Of a DNA stretch of 64,000 bases, positions 60,170 to 64,000 are shown piece by piece. Both the position numbers and the translations under genes were made by a program. A model generated the notes under the pieces. The model ran no database searches and was not told where the DNA came from. It worked only from the letters and a program-made list of their open reading frames with translations. The stretch spans positions 248,001-312,000 of the forward strand of contig NEEC01000030.1 of NCBI GenBank assembly GCA_002189035.1, read 5' to 3'. Position 1 is the stretch's first letter. Every line of letters starts with the position of its first letter. This stretch comes from Utricularia gibba. Lineage: Eukaryota > Plantae > Magnoliophyta.

Positions 60170-63100
60170 TTTGGTGGTATCGGGAATATGCGGGAGCACC
60201 AAGGTAAGAAGGATTCTTATTGATCAAGGATCCTCCTGCAACATCATGAAGAAGGAAGTAGCCGAGTTGCTAGCATCATCCAACGAGGGAAACATCCGCC
60301 ACGTGCGCATAGAGTTATACGCCTTCGATCAGCAGGCCGTGTAAACTATCGGGAAAATAACCCTGCCCGTAACATTCAAAGCGGCAGGGCATAACCAAAC
60401 CAAGAGGTTGGAATTCTTGATCCTGGATTCAGAGGTCTCATACAACACCATCCTCGGGTGACTCGGCATCAACCAATTCGGTATGATACCCTCCACTGTG
60501 CATTTGAAAATTAAATTCCCGACATCGAAGGGCATTTGCACAATGGGCATCGACCAACCAGCCGCCTGGTCCTGTTATGTATCTTCCTACCGAGACCCCT
60601 GCGCGAAAAAAGCCGAGAGTGATGATGGTAGAAAAGGAATCTCAAGAACCCCCTAGACAAGCAATGGAACCAATAGGGTACAAGTCGGTGCAACTAGTAC
60701 CAAAAGATGCGCAGAAAGCAACCCACATTGGTGCCAATCTGGACACCGGATTTGAGAAGAGGTTAGTTGAACTTTTGATGAAGAACGGCGATATTTTTTC
60801 CTGGACTGCTGCAGACTTTGTAGGCATTGATCGATCCGTTGCCGAGCATCACATTGATACCTACCCGGGGGCAAAACCGGTCCGGCAGAAGCAACGGCAT
60901 TTCTCAGAGGAAAAGTGCCGAATTATCAAAGAAAAAACAGGGGAGCTCTTTGAAGCCGGTTATGTGAAGGAGATCCAGTATTCCGAGTGGGTATCCAACC
61001 CAGTCGTCGTCCCGAAGCTCGGGGGAAAATGGAGGATGTGCATTGACTTCATCGACCTCAACGCCTGCTGCGAAAGGGACCCTTATCCTTTGCCAAAGAT
61101 TGACAAGCTAGTAGACGCCATTGCCGGATCCCGATTCCTGAGCACCATGGATGCCTATTCGGGATACCACCAAATTTTCGTTGCCGAGACAGATCAACCA
61201 AAAACCACCTTCTACACCAAGGATGGGGTTTACTGTTACGTGGCCATGCCCTTCAGTTTAAAGAATGCCTAGGGCGACTTATCAGAGGTTAGTAAATAAA
61301 ATATTCTCTTATGAAATCGATACCTCGATGGAGGTGTATGTGGACAATATGATCATAAAATCTATGAATGAAGAAGACCACTTAGCGTATTTGGATTCTT
61401 GTTTCTCTTTGTGCTGGTCATACGGGTTAAAACTCAACCCACTGAAATGTTGCTTCGGGGTGGAAGTGGAAAATTCCTGGGGCATTATGTATTGGAGAGA
61501 AGAATCGAGGCTGACCCGAGAAGATTAAGGCAATATGCGAAATGCAACCCCCAAGGACAATCAAGGAATACTAGAGCCTCACGGGTAAATTGGCTGCCCT
61601 CAGCCGTTTCATATCTCGATCAGCTGATAAGTCGGCATCCTTCTTCAAGGTCTTGCGAAAGGGAAATGCTCTAGAATGGAACGAGGATTGCCGGCTTGCC
61701 TTTGAAAAACTCAAGGAATATCTCTCATCACCCCCACTTCTTGTGGCTCCGAGAGCAGAAGAGCCCTTAGGACTATATCTGTCAATATCACCCATTGCAG
61801 TCTTGACAACCATCTCGGCAGATAAACACCTTCCGGTGTATTATGGGAGCAAGGTTCTGTTACCGGCCAAAACCTAGTATTCGGTGACAGAAAAATTCAT
61901 CTTGGCTGTGAAGATGGCGGCCACAAAATTGAGGTCATATTTCCAACATCGGCACATTCTGGTATTCACCAATCAGTCTCTGAAGAATATCCTATCTCGA
62001 CCAGAGATTTCTGGAAGGGTTGTCAAATGGGTGGTCGAATTGAGTACAATGGATATTGAGTTTAAATCGATAACAACAATCAAGGCCCAACCTCTTGCCA
62101 ATTTTGTGGTCGAAATGACAAGGCCTATAGACCGTTTTGAAGAAGCCAATGACCGATGGGCCATGCACGTTGATGGCTCGACGTACAACGGTGTTGGAGG
62201 AGGAATAGACATCCGAACCCAAGATGGGGAACACATTTATATCACGGTGAAATTCTTATTCCCAGCCTCCAACAATGTGGCCGAGTATGAAGCTTTGATT
62301 GAAGGAATGAAAATTGCCAAGGAACTAGGAGTGGCGGAGCTCGACGTCTACACTGATTCACGACTTGTGCAAGGACAGTTTTCAAGTGAATACGAAACCC
62401 ATGACTCCCTCATGGCTCTGTGCCATATTCAGGTAAAAGAGCTGGCAAAAACCTTCAAGGAATTCACCCTGTCGCACGTGGCACGCGAGGAGAACGGATC
62501 CGCAGATAGCCTCGCCCGATTTTCTGCAGGGTTTCATGAGCTGAGGGAGGGAAGTGTGATAATTCGGCTGCGGGATCAACCTTCAGTGACCTTGCGAGCC
62601 GTGAATTGTATTACCCAGCAACCAGGAAATGATATCTCTCCACAACTGAGTCATCTCGATGATTGGACATCACCCTACGTCCAGTATCTACGAAATGGAG
62701 AAACACCATCTGATAAATCAAAAGCTCGACAGTTAGAGATTAGAGCAAAGAGATATACACTGGTAGATGGAATTCTTTATCGCAGATCCTTAGATGGACC
62801 CTTCTTGAGGTGTATCGGGGCAAAGCATTCTCAAGAACTTATAACCGATCTGCATGAAGAGGAATGTGGCAGCCACGTCGGCATACGATCCTTATGCAGG
62901 AAAGCCTTGAGAACGGGTATTATTGGCCAACTATGGAGCGGGATATTACCGCCAATACCATGCGAGTACACCAAGAAAGCTGGTAAATAACCTGACCCCT
63001 CTTCCATTCTCATGCCCGTTCGATCGATGGGGAGTGGATATTATGGGGCCATTCCCCCAAACCTCGGGCCAAAGGAAATTTGTCATCGTGGGAGTCGAGT

Positions 63101-63862
63101 ATTTCTCCAAATGGGTGGAGGCTGAAGCCGTGGCAAAAATATCAGAGGAGACCGTTATTCGATATCTGTGGAGAAATATCTTCATCCGGTTCGGAATCCC
63201 TCAAGAACTAGTGATCAATAATGGAACCCAATTCGCTGGAGGAAGAATGGAGGCATTCCTGGATAAATATACGGTCAAGCACAACTTCACCTCGGTGTAT
63301 CACCCGCAGAGCAATGGTCTCACAGAGGTGACGAATCGAATGCTCAGGCTAGGAATGAAGACTAAGCTTGAAGATTTTGGAGGATCATGGGCAGATCGCT
63401 TGGATGAATTGCTGTGGTCATATCGCAGCACCCTCGGACCACCACAGAAGAATCCCCGTTCTTATTGGTTTACGGTTCAGAAGCCGTATGCCCTATTGAA
63501 CTAACCCTGAAAAGCTATCGGGTGGAACATTATAATGGAGAAGAAAATGCTGACCTGCGAAAACTGGAGTTGGAGCTGTTGGAAGAAAAACGGAAAAGTA
63601 TTTATAGCCGACTAGGGGCTCATCAGAGAAGAATGGAGAAGAGATATAACAAGTCGGTAGCCCCAAGGGAATTCTCTGATGGAGATTTGGTGCTTCGAAG
63701 CATTCAACCACAGAGACATGTTGGAAATTAGATCGCAAGTGGGAAGGCCCTTATCGGATTTCAAGGGTAATCGGGAAAGGAGCATATCGTCTAGAACAAT
63801 TAGACGGCGTGGAATTCCCAAGGTCGTGGAATGCATCACACCTAAGGAAATTCTACACCTAG
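60170..63862 (+). pseudogene. Tat/Retand pol (PR, RT, RH, aRH, INT) with stops and frameshifts
   Basis: VRRILIDQGSSCNIM (PR); WVSNPVVVPK, WRMCIDFIDLN, MDAYSGYHQI, VYVDNMIIKS (RT); WAMHVDGS...SNNVAEYEAL...YTDSRLV (aRH, about 62157-62525); WGVDIMGPF, VYHPQSNGLTE, KWEGPY, WNASHLRKFYT-stop (INT). Confidence 0.95.
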
Positions 63863-64000
63863 CTAGCCCAATGTCAATCTCCATCACAGGATTGCGCAGA
63901 ATTCGGTATTCTCTTCTTCAAAACAACAACGCGCCTATAAATTCCTCCAAAGTGGAGATGGGTAAACGAAATCGTAAGCTCTGGCTGAGTCACGTAAGCC

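Larger units (their letters stand above)
58161..64000 (+). mobile_element. Ty3/gypsy Tat-clade (Retand-like) LTR retrotransposon, continues past the window end; LTR start uncertain
   Basis: The LTR ends cgtaaca at 58640, with TATA-like cctataaatag at about 58350-58360. tRNA-Lys PBS. Domain order gag, PR, RT, RH, aRH, INT. Confidence 0.9.

Overview
Flowering-plant nuclear DNA dominated by nested, decaying transposable elements, with a small gene island at about 53.7-58.1 kb. The only gene that looks intact is a two-exon chloroplast-type PPR gene (54486-56274, +) resembling Arabidopsis At2g30100. It faces a heavily damaged PDX1 (vitamin B6 synthase) pseudogene (56725-58065, -) that is split by a 451-bp foreign insert. 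Retroelements: (1) a full-length Athila-type Ty3/gypsy element with an env-like ORF (804-12929, -, TSD GGCAC); (2) an Athila-like derivative that retains gag but lacks protease, RT, RNase H and integrase (from 20175); (3) an Ale/Retrofit-type Ty1/copia element with unequal LTRs ending in GA(A) (48827-53655); (4) a Tat/Retand element with the extra archaeal-type RNase H, running off the window end; (5) two chromovirus remnants; (6) six solo LTRs with exact 5-bp TSDs. DNA transposons: a PIF/Harbinger element with TIRs and a TTA TSD, and a hAT transposase relic. I found no rRNA, tRNA gene or CRISPR array, and no convincing new multi-gene system. The best leads are the PDX1 pseudogene with its captured promoter-like insert, the gag-only Athila derivative, the non-canonical copia termini and recurrent templated-duplication scars. 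Family names come from motif recognition by eye, without database searches. Boundaries marked approximate are uncertain.
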